Below are positions 52,746 through 64,000 of a stretch of 64,000 nucleotides of DNA, piece after piece. Every line of letters begins with the position of its first letter. Within the stretch, counting starts at the first letter, position 1. The position numbers and the translations under genes are program-made. Origin of the DNA: Octopus sinensis (lineage: Eukaryota); contig NC_042997.1 in NCBI RefSeq assembly GCF_006345805.1, forward strand, positions 148,614,001 to 148,678,000, given 5' to 3'. Below the pieces are notes generated by a model. It was not told the origin of the DNA and ran no database searches. It saw only the letters and a list, made by a program, of their open reading frames with translations.

Positions 52746-53145
52746 GGCGCAGGAGTGGCTGTGTGGTAAATAACTTGTTTACCAACCACATGGTTGCGGG
52801 TTCAGTCCTACTGTGTGGCAACTAGGGCAAGTGTCTTCTACTATAGCCTCGGGCCGACCAAAGCCTTGTGAGTGAATTTGGTAGCCGGAAACTGAAAGAA
52901 GCCATCGTATATATATATATACATGCGTGTGTGTGTTTGTGTGTCTGTGTTTGTCCCCCTAGAATTGCTTGACAACCGATGCTGGTGTGTTTATGTCCCC
53001 GTTACTTAGCGGTTCGGCAAAAGAGACCGATAGAATAAGTACTGGGATTACAAAAGTATAAGTCGCGGGGTTGAGTTGCTCGATTAAAGGCGGTCTTCCA
53101 GCATGGCCGCAGTGAAATGAATGAAACAAGTAAAAAAGTAAAAGA

Positions 53146-53146
<1 letters not shown>
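52746..53146 (+). mobile_element. Full-length tRNA-derived CORE-like SINE
   Basis: A box tggctgtgtgg, B box ggttcagtcct, gggcaagtgtcttctact, tail gaaacaagtaaaaaagtaaaaga. Confidence 0.9.
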
Positions 53147-53217
<71 letters not shown>

Positions 53218-53734
53218 TATATACACACACATTTATATATATATACACACATATATGTCAATTGGCAGTGAGGGAGAGAAATAGACGAAAAGAGAGAGAG
53301 AGAGAGAGAGGGAGAGACAGACAGAGAGAGAATCGCGTGTGTATGAGTGGTAGGTTCACATTAGAACACACACGAAGGATCAATGTATTTACTTATGTCA
53401 GATGTCACTGATAAACAGCTGTTTTCAGGCGGGGAACTATTTATTACTATCTTGATATTACGTCAGTGTCGCTTGATAAAATCTGAATTACATTTCTATT
53501 TGGAACTGCACTCTTTAGCATTAACACAGCTTCTACCAAACGATGTTTACACAAACTGTGCCGGCAAGTGCAATTACGAAAAGCTATGAACATTATACAA
53601 AGTCTACTCTCTTCGTAATTAAATCTTAAAATCCTTTTGAACCAATAACGGAAGATATCTATGGATACCCTGTTTCATATACTTCTCCGAAACTCCTTGC
53701 CTCACTCTCATGTTCTCTATAAACACATGCATGA

Positions 53735-53847
53735 AGACACGCATACACACACACACACACACACACACACATATGTATAAATATGTATAAATGTATGTAT
53801 GTATATATATATATATTTATTTGTATATATATATATATTATATATAT

Positions 53848-53890
<43 letters not shown>

Positions 53891-53891
53891 T

Positions 53892-53932
<41 letters not shown>

Positions 53933-54041
53933 ATTCATACACACACACACACAACACACACACACACACACACACACAACACACACACACATATGTATAA
54001 ATATGTATAAATGTATGTATGTATATATATATATATTTATT

Positions 54042-54088
<47 letters not shown>

Positions 54089-54089
54089 T

Positions 54090-54132
<43 letters not shown>

Positions 54133-54144
54133 ATTCATACACAC

Positions 54145-54205
<61 letters not shown>

Positions 54206-54225
54206 AAATATATATATACATAAAT
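53735..54225. repeat. Tandem duplication (~218 bp) of a compound (CA)n/(TA)n cassette
   Basis: acatatgtataaatatgtataaatgtatgtatgtatata at ~53768 and ~53988. Confidence 0.8.
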
Positions 54226-54480
54226 ATCACTCCGTCGGTTACGGCGACGAAGATTCTAGTTGATCCGATCAACGGAACAGCATGCTCGTGAAATTAACGT
54301 GCAAGTGGCTGAGCACTCCACAGACACGTGTTCCCTTAACTAAGTTCTCGGAGAGAATCAGCGTGACACAGTGTGGCGCAAGGCTGGCTCTTTGAAAAAC
54401 AGTACAACAGACACTGGAAGAAACAGTGAAAGAGTACAGCAGGGTTCGCCACCACCACGTGTCGGAATCTCGTGGAGTTT
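54226..54480 (-). mobile_element. SINE-like interspersed repeat
   Basis: GC-richer block cactccgtcggttacg...gatccgatcaacggaacag...gtggctgagcactccacagacacgtg, next to (TA)n. Family assignment is from recall, not from a search. Confidence 0.5.
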
Positions 54481-54569
54481 CGGTTTTTTCGCTCAATAAA
54501 TACTTACAGTATTTTCATTTAGTTTATGTATTTTTTGCCATTATTTTATAATAATTAGTTGTGTTAGCC

Positions 54570-56070
54570 ATGGGTCCTAAGATGGTTAGTGCAAAGGATA
54601 GTGCTGAGAAAAAGAAAAAGCTGATTGCGATAGAATCGAAGAAGGAATTCTCTGATAAATATGAGAGTGGAGTGTATGTAGTGGACATAGCATATTGATA
54701 CGACCGAAACAAGTCGATGATCTTCACCATCCTGAAGAAAAAAGGACGAGATCAAGGCCGTTACAACAACATAGGATCTGTCCAGGCTCACTAAACAACA
54801 CACATGTGACCACGAAATTATGGTAAAATTGCTTCAATGGATCAAGGAGAAGCAACCCGCAGCGCATACGATTACAGAGACCATAATCTGCGAGATGGAA
54901 CATTACAGGACTGGTGTTTATAGCGTCGTCAGATATGGAGAAGCAGCGAGTTGTGACACGAAGGCACCTGAATATTTCTTGCACAAATTCCGTCAGTTCA
55001 TCGCAACCGAGGATTGCACCACACAACAAGTATTCAACTGTGCAGAAACTGGCCTCTTTTTGTGGGAAAAATGTCCAGGCAAACCTACATAACTATAGAT
55101 GAGAAGAAAATGCCAGGCCACAAGCGTATGAAAGATAGGCTAACTCTCACCCTTTGTGCCAATGCGAGTGGAGACTTGAATATTAAGCCGCTCCTTGTCT
55201 ACCATTTCAAGTGGCACAAAATTTTGTTGCAGGTCATATGGAGTGCAAACATCAAAGCCGGGGTCACCAGGCAATTTTTCTCCAGCCTTGTATTCGGACC
55301 AGCAATGGAAAAGTACATTCTGGAGAACAATCTTCCTCTCAAAGCTTCTGCTCACCCTCCTAACCTCGAAGATGATATCCTAGACGAATTTAAATTTATA
55401 AACGTTATTTATATTACATGCAGCACCACCCCTACCTCGCAGCCCATGGACTAACAGGTGATTTCTAATTTTAAAAATTGTACACCATACAACTGTTTCG
55501 TCGGTGCTTGGAAGTCACCGAAAACACAAATCTAACCTTCCGTGACTTTTGGGAGGATTACCACAGCATAGGAAATTGCCTGAAAATCATCGATATGACC
55601 TGACAGAGTGTAACGAGGGGAACGCATAGTTCTGCATGGAAGAAACTCCTGCTTGGCTGCATATCCGAAAGAAACTTCGAGGGGTTTCAGTGCGAGAGTT
55701 GAAGAGAGTGTCTTTTGGCAAGTCCATGGGCATCGAGATTTATTGAGGGAATATTAACGATCCCGTCAAGGAACACTCAGTGAAGCTGACGACAGATGAA
55801 CTCCTGCAGCATCAGGAGCAGCAACATTTGGATGCGGTGGAAGGGATTGGTTCTATGGCGGAGGACTGTGTAGCAGAGAATGTTATCACCACGAGTGACA
55901 TAAAGGCAGTGATGGCAAAGTGACGTTACGAAAAGCTAGCAAATTCTATGGTTTATTAGTTAAAAACGAAAACTCACATGTTGACAGCCAGAACAATAAC
56001 TATCCTTAGTGATGTATTTTATCGCAACTTGACAGTTCTGAATCCACCAGAAACCGCTTTGACAGATTTT
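54570..56070 (+). pseudogene. pogo/Tigger (TIGD1-like) transposase remnant
   Basis: MGPKMVSAKDSAEKKKKLIAIESKKE...KYESGV (CENP-B-type HTH); QQVFNCAETGLF, MPGHKRMKDRLTLTLCANASGDLNIKPLLVYH, TSQPMD (DDE_1). Frameshifts and stops present. Confidence 0.9.
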
Positions 56071-56074
56071 TTCA

Positions 56075-57350
56075 AATGCCAATGTGATCCGTTTGCCCGA
56101 ACACTTTTGAGGACCCCGTGTACTATACCTGGGCACACAATAGATTGAACAGACGGAAGCAAGGAGCACTCGTTGACGGCTGGGAAGAAGACACTGTATT
56201 CAGAAGTGCACCCTAAACAGCGGGAATGCTTCTTTCTGCGTCTATTGACGCACACTATCAGGAGACCTTCGAAGAGAAATTGTGGACGTCTGCACGACCA
56301 AACATGGACTACTGGAGAACGATACACACTGGGACCAGACACTGGAGGAGGCAGCACCAAGTCAACTGCGCCAGCTGTATTCTATCACGTTGATGACGTG
56401 GTTTGGGTGAAACTCTCATGATTCGGGCGACACACAAAACGAGAATGGCAGAGGACAACCTACAAAGGATTCAAAGGCAAACCTCAGCGGAAATTGCAAC
56501 GTTCAATAACGCCATTTACAATGTGGCATTACTTGACCTGGACACCTAAGTACAACCTATGGGAGGTCAAAGTATTGCCACATTTGGTCTGCTTCAACTG
56601 GAGCAGGCGGCAAACAATCTCGCAATTGAGTACCTTCGAGAAATCAGCTGTGATATCGAGGAAAAGACAGCATGTGTAGCTGATATCGAACACACATTGA
56701 TAGAGTATCAACTGGGGGTTTATAAGACCATTATTTCGAGCATTGAAATTTAAAGGAGTCTTGTATTTCTAGCAGCTCCAGGTGGAACTGGCCAAACATT
56801 TATCATGAACTTTCTTCTGGCTAAACCGCGCCAAATGAAACACGTTGCCATCGCAGAGGCAAAGCTGCAACTCTGCTAACTAGTGGCCGCACAGCTCATT
56901 CCTGTTTCAGTGAATTATCCATGTGAATTCTTGAATAGTCAAACACCACCCGGTCTCCTACCTCACAACTTTCACCTCAAGATTGGGGCACTAGTTATGC
57001 AGCTTCGAAATCTCGATCCACCAATGCTTTACAAAAGTACACGACTTATAATAAAGCAGATGATGCCAACAGTCTTGGAGCATTATTCATTGCACTTATT
57101 TCCTAGGATATGCCTTTTCAGTACAAGCGCCTGTAATTCCCGCTGAAACCGAACTTTGCAATGAGCATTAACAAAGTACAGGGGCAGTCCTTGGATGTGG
57201 TAGGTCTGAACCTTGCGGAACCAGTTTTCTCCCATGACCAACTTTATGTGGGATGCTCAAGAGTCGACAATCCTAAACATTTGTTTCTTTATGCCCCACA
57301 AGGAAAGACCAAAAATGTTGCTTATCAAGAAGTTCTGCAACTTTGATAAC
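56075..57350 (+). pseudogene. Helitron RepHel remnant including PIF1-type helicase
   Basis: VHPKQRECFFLRLL, GLLENDTHWDQTLEEA, FLAAPGGTGQTF (Walker A), EFLNSQTPPGLLPH...LRNLDPP, FAMSINKVQGQSLDVVGLNL.EPVFSHDQLYVGCSRV. Confidence 0.9.
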
Positions 57351-57941
57351 ACCAAATCATAAGGTATCTATTATCTAGCTGTGATATTTGCAAGTGTTGT
57401 AGATATATTGATATTCTAAATGCTATTTTATTTTAAAATTTGTATGTCTACTGTAAAACTAAATGTCAGTGTGTATCAACAATCATTTGTGAATCTCTTT
57501 CACCACAAGAACCCCTAAGGGTTATTTTCTCTATGAACGCACAAAAGCCCTTTTCAGAGTTATTTACTTTGAATTGTTATTATCTCATATCCGATTAGCC
57601 TGTTATTACGTAACATGCTTCACGATTTTGGTATACATAAATTATTGGTATTTCCTCCTAAGTTCTATATACTTTGAGAACCCATTAAAATAGCCCCGGA
57701 AAGGGCTACTTTATTTCAATTCTTCCTATCGGGTATTATGTAGTTGACTTTACGATTTGGGTATTCATAACTTATTGGGATTTCCTAAAAACAAATCCAG
57801 TGTAAGACAGTTCGGTATTCTCTGTAAATGCACAAAAGCCGTTTTAAGGGATACATACACTGTATTGTTGCTATTGGATTAGGGAAACAATTATTAGAAT
57901 GGAAAAGCCCAACTTTTACAGGAATTACGGTACGTCAGTTA

Positions 57942-57980
<39 letters not shown>

Positions 57981-57986
57981 GTATAT

Positions 57987-58042
<56 letters not shown>

Positions 58043-61000
58043 TACGTATATGTTTCTGTATGTGCATATGTATATATATACATGTACGTGCATATATATA
58101 TGCGTGTGTGTGTTTGTATGCATATAAAACCACATCCTAACATCTAATTACAAGAATCCATTCCTTTGCAAACAAATTAAACACAGAAACATCAGGATTG
58201 TCACACTATGGGCATTTGTCCGATTAGACTATGAATTTGAGACCAACAAACAGCAAAGATTCGAATGTAAATATTTTCAATTGTTCTTACTGACGTTTCT
58301 AATTTCAAATACACTGAATAAAATTCAGGCAATTACATGGTAGGCTCCTTTCTAAATTGATATGCCCTCTAACAACTTTGTGTTTTAGTAGATATTACTG
58401 AATATAGGAAAATGTTTCGCTGACATAAAAACAGAAAGCAGCCAAAAATATTCATCTATGCTATGTTGCTAAACAGCCAAAATAGTTGAAAGTAAAGTAT
58501 TATGATGCAATCTAATGTATAACTGCCGCCACTCTCAAACTAATTTGGCAACAAAATACGAAGTGATGATTATTTAATATCCTAATTGCTCGGTAATGTG
58601 TTGTTCTATAACTGTTATATTGGCAACATTCCGTATCATGAATACCGATAAATATGTAGTAATTTTCATTATAGCAAGGTAATGTTTTAGTATACTTAAA
58701 TAACAAGTGAATGCATTCAAACTTATTTGTAACTTTTAGCCCATTTATATTTGATAAAAAAGAAGTAACTTAGACGTAAACTATTAACCAATTCTCTCCT
58801 TGATTCGATTTACATTTTTGAACATGAGAATTTGACTTAAGTTCCTGTATCCTCAGATGATGTACTAATTATTAACCTTCTATACTGATGTAGGTAATCC
58901 AATTCTTATACGACATATTAGATCTGTAGTTTATATCTAATAAGAAATAATTCTCAGATATTTATTTGTCGTTTCACCGAATACATACTTTGAGAATATT
59001 TGAGATATTTCAGTGAAGGTTCCAAAATGATAGAAAACATCCTGTAGCTGCATTTGTTTGATTCTCCAAAATCACATTTTAGTCTAATGAAAACAATTAT
59101 ATTTAAAGGAAAAATCACAGAATGATATTCGCAATTATTACACATTTAATATCATTAAGAAGATTTTTTTTGTATTTAATTAATTGGAAATTTGATTTCA
59201 ATCCCTATAAATAAATATTTGTATTAAGATATTCCGATAAGTACAATAATTAGGTATACGTTAACTTGCTTGTGCCTTTTATATATATTAGATTGCGACT
59301 TTCGATTTTTCTCATTCAATTTTTTTATAGCTCAAAATTATATTCGATGAATTATAATCCTCCCTAACTTGCTATAAAAATCTGTTTTTGCTAAAATGCA
59401 ATAAAACTGGGAAAAGCAAAGCATCAAATAAATTCCGTATAGTATTGGGTTCCTCAACTGACACATAAAAAGAAATTGAGTTCGTGAACGCTGTTGTATA
59501 GTTTGTATATCGTCTATAAACGGCAATTAATATGAAGGGGAAAACGCTGAAGCAACAAATAACTATGGTGCCTCCATTACACATGCTAGGCTAAAGAAAG
59601 TGACACGACGGAAAAATGCATGGAATAATGAAAGGAACATAATATTACTTATCTTCTCTTACATACTTATCTACTTATCTTCTGTAATGAGAATTTCGCA
59701 CCGCCGAGTTCTTGAACACAGTTATGAAGATCCTTACGCTGTTCTATTAATGATCGATAAATTTAGTGTTGTCAGCCTAAACTAATTTATTTTTGGTCAT
59801 GCGTCCGTATGCATATACCATTGTTATTTAAATGCTTATAAGATAATAATTGTAATGATCTTTATATACAACAGAATATTACAGGACAGATCTTAGAGAG
59901 GATAATTTAAATCGAGATGGAAATTATCAAAGAGAATACAGCTTTATTTGTTAATTTTATAGATGGTGCAAGATAATTATCTAAATGAAACAATGTATTA
60001 CATGATATGTCATATTAAATACAAATTACATAATTGGAAATAACCATTAAAAGGATGACCTCCAAACTGAAATTTTGCACTTTGTCCTGAGACAAGATAC
60101 ATAAAGGAGATCAAGTTGTCGTTGTTTATGTCCGAAGAAACTCTGTAAAACCAAATGTGTGATCACCCATATTACAGCCATCATCATGCTAACTTTATTT
60201 CAGATATATTCAGCAGATTACCAGAGAAATCAATGGACAATGTATCCTTTGTTCTAAACAGTAGCGTGTAATTTCATCGAAATATCTTTAGCAAGCTAAG
60301 TTTACGAGTTGTGGCTCCTGCAAAGGAAAGTTGACGAGGGTTCGAATCCAAGGAGTGTGGCGTCACACAATCTCTGTTACACTAGAGAATTTTTTTATGA
60401 TATTACAACGTCGCAGCATGCGATAACCATCATCACGACACTATATTTATCTAACCAAGCAGTTTTGTTCTTTTTTTCCTAAATCAACAGATCCGAACTT
60501 ATATTACTCAATATACAAATTCATGTTCAAATCATTAATTTTTATGAGCTAAGTTAATGTTCGCGTAAAACACAAGGAAATACAATAACAAATAGGAAAC
60601 AAAACAAAAAAATAGATGCCTTGCGGTATATGTGTTTTCCATCCTAAATGTTTTTTTCTTTTGTTTTCAGTAAGACGAAACGATATTGATTTGAATACAA
60701 ATACAATCAATCATGCATGAAAGATTCGTTACGGGTAAAAGTTTAATTATGTTGTGAACTGATCATGAATATCTAATGAGACGCTAAAATATAATATCTC
60801 AAGTTGTGTTATGCCGACAAACTAATTCTAGATTACAATCTTTTATATCAAAGTGGATGATTCCTGAAACATATTTTAATCCTTTAAATACTCAAATTTG
60901 TCCTGTTATGAATACTCAATAGGGCATCACAATTAGCTATAAATAATTTTTTAATACAAAGCTCTAATACATTTATGTATGATAGAGCGCTTCTATTGTT

Positions 61001-61359
61001 ATATGAGGATTAAAACAGACCCAAGCTGCAAGAATATCGTTTGCATTTCATCTATCATTATTACACACAATTATAAAGACGAAAATTCCGATAATTTATG
61101 CCGCTTTCTGACTCTCTCTCTCTCTCTCGCGCGCTCTCTCTGACACAGAAATACACACAACCACATATTCATTTATATGTATAGATAAATAATTATATAT
61201 TTGCTTGCGTGTGTACGCCTGTATATTGCAGCAGTCATTTCTGTGTTGTTACGAAACACGGTTTCCAACCAAATAGTTTCGATTTCAGTCCTACTGCATG
61301 TTACCTTGGTAAAGTCTCTTCTACAATAGCCTTGACCCAAACAATGCCTTGCATGTCTC

Positions 61360-61775
61360 TTTCACTCCTTTACTATTTTACTTGTTTCAGTCATTTTGAC
61401 TGCGGCCATGCTGGAGCACCGCCTTTAGTCGATCAAATCGATCCCAGGACTTATTCTTTGTAAGCCTAGTACTTATTCTATCAATCTCTGTTGCCGAACT
61501 GCTAAGTTTCGGGGACGTAGACACACTAGCATCGGTTGTGAAGCGATGTTGGGTGAGACGCACGCACAAACATTCACACACACACACACACACACATATA
61601 TATGTGTGTGTGTGTGACGGGATTCTTTCAGTTTCCGTCTACCAAATCCACTGACAACGCTTGGTCGGCCCGAGGCAATAGTAGAAGACACTTGCCCAAG
61701 GTGCCACTCAGTGGGAAGGAATCTGGAACCTGTGGTTGGGAAGCAAGCTCCTTACCACATAGCCACCCCTACGCC
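61360..61775 (-). mobile_element. Full-length CORE-like SINE on minus strand, between halves of an older plus-strand copy (61255-61350, 61780-61960)
   Basis: Reverse complement of the 52746 family. Confidence 0.85.
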
Positions 61776-64000
61776 TCTATATGTCTGTGTTTGTGTTTCT
61801 CCACTACCATCAATCGACCACTTCTGTTGGTTTGCTAACATTCTCTTGTTATAACGTTCGGCAAAAGTAACCAATAAAATAATTTCAAGTCTTTAAAAAA
61901 TGCCGGGCTCCATTTGTTCTTCTTAAGTTGGCGCCCCAGCATTGGCACGGTCCAAGGCCTAAATGGTATTATAATATACATTGCAAATATAAATAAATAG
62001 ATAAATAAAACAAAACAAAATAAATAAAGCCAAATAAAAGTAAATTACATATGTTATATCATGGCTCTCTACAATACTGAATACGACCTGAAAGAGAATT
62101 ATTTGGGCTTATTTGTAGTCACTGTGTTGGCGCAATTTTCGTGTAAAAAATAGAACAACCCTTCCTTCTTATTGCCATTATGGTATTTAGATAGCATTTA
62201 ACCAATATGTTGCGATGCATATGTGCTATCGTGTAATTCTCCTTTTCAACATTATAAACAAGTGAGTACATCGTAGATGCTTGACAAGGGTTTCGTGCTT
62301 TCCCTTGTACGCGTGGTTGTAGAGTCGTAAATTCGTTCCCGATGAATTCCTCAGGTTTAAGTAGCGCACTTAATTATCTCACATGTATTTTCATTTCTCC
62401 TTACATAAAAGGATTGACACTAGTTATAACATGTCGATGTTTGGTGGACGACATATTAACTCTGACCTTCACGGCTAGCCGTCCTAATGTAAGAGGATGA
62501 AGATCATTTTCTTGACACTAATATTGGACTTCTAATGAGTTTTTGTGACAATCAAGATTTGTCTTGCTCACCATGGGAATGATAAATAGCTTCTGTGACC
62601 TAATTCTTTTCGAAAATCTCTGTATTTGCGATTGTCTAAAACCCATTGACCTTTTATGCTTTTGCTTTAAAAACTTACTGAACATTACTGGGCTTTTTCC
62701 AGATCTGCAGTGGAACGTTTAACACGGCTTTTCTTTTCATATTAAATACCTTACTTTGCTTGGTATTAATTTTCGTTGCTGATATCGCTCTGCAGTTCTT
62801 GCATTGGTGAACGATCTCTAGCGAGACCCTGCTTTAGTATGTATATCCTTGTGATTTTTCTCTGAATGTCCTATATCTGCTATACAAAACGAATACATCT
62901 ACAAGTATGACATAATTGGGGTTCCGATGAACAGGAAATTATTCCACCATTATTTATTACAAAGGAAAATTATGGCATATCCATACACGTGAAGTTGTTT
63001 CAAAGTACTGCAAAGTTAATATTCCTCCAGACATGCCGATCCAAATACACGATGAGATCAATATTAATTCACCATAGATTTTTGCCTGGGACAACAGATA
63101 AGGAAGACCTTCCTTATGGTGTATTCGTTCCATGCAATACTTTCACAGAAATGAAAAACATTTTGAAAAGCTAACAGAAAAAAAAAAACGTTTAACCTTA
63201 TACCAGAGAAAGGTCTCATAGTATGTCAAAACATTGTGAGGAATAGTTTGTTGCGCACCAGCTGGAATATCAGGGTTCATCCAGTGAATATTTCTAGTCA
63301 ACTCTTAACGGCAAATGAATCATCTCGTAGTCCGAATATATAATAGAGTTTCTATAAACGAAAGGGTGAAATTATCCAAGTATATATGTATAAATCTGGA
63401 AATATCGATAAGCAGAATGCGGTGAATGAATATCAAAACAATCCCAGTAATATGCTTTTAGGACATGCTTAAAACAATGCAGGTGAAAAAAAAAAGCAAA
63501 AAGAAACACGTATTTAAACAGTATACTCAGTATTCAGTAAAGAACGTAACTACACTCTACATAGTGAATACGTTATGAAAAGCATATTCAATACAATAAA
63601 AATGATATACAATATATTGCATACAGCCATGAGCAGAAGAGACGAACTCAATAGTGAAGTGATAGTACGCATTACAAAGTCAGTCGCAGCAGTAATATTA
63701 AGAAGATAAATAAGAATAACAATAAGAATATATTCTATTTTTTCTTATGAATTTTCTGACGTTAAAGTAATATATTAATTTAATACAAAAGAAATAAATC
63801 GTGTGCATGAGCTTCTTATTATTAGAAGAACGAAATAAAAAAATCAAACGCGTAGAACATAAACCATTTATGCATGATGGTGAAAGAGAGAAATAAAGAA
63901 AAAAAAACATTTAGGGTATAGCTATATCATCAAATAAGATAACGAAAGTACAAAATACACAAGCAGAGTATCGTGCCTGCAGCGGGGGGAAAATAATAGA

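Noticed and set aside
56370-56421. PWWP-like peptide YHVDDVVWVKLS suggesting Helitron gene capture
   Set aside because: Another frame reads GLLENDTHWDQTLEEAAPSQLRQL, typical Helitron RepHel sequence, so the PWWP resemblance is coincidental.
62678-62880. Minus-strand coding exon with good splice-like signals
   Set aside because: All three frames contain stop codons; at most a non-coding exon, which cannot be supported here.

Overview
AT-rich, microsatellite-dense eukaryotic intergenic or intronic DNA. It is most likely from an octopod cephalopod, inferred from the tRNA-derived SINE families and the (TA)n/(TATC)n/(CA)n landscape. No host protein-coding gene is recognisable, and almost all listed ORFs are translations of microsatellites. 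The real coding remnants are transposon fossils: Tc1, mariner-type, pogo/Tigger, a Helitron Rep/PIF1 helicase, a Dong/R4 RLE LINE and a CR1-type LINE. The signal not explained by the ORF track is a large set of minimal type I hammerhead ribozyme (HHR) motifs with palindromic stem III, from at least seven sequence-unrelated repeat families. These include a ~4 kb array of ~480 bp monomers carrying nine HHRs with an internal inversion (retrozyme-like), several (TA)n-associated fold-back elements with outward-facing HHRs, and a TSD-bounded SINE with a tRNA head and an HHR-like tail. Together they suggest a diverse Penelope-like/retrozyme self-cleaving RNA system. All folds were read by eye and no cleavage activity has been shown.
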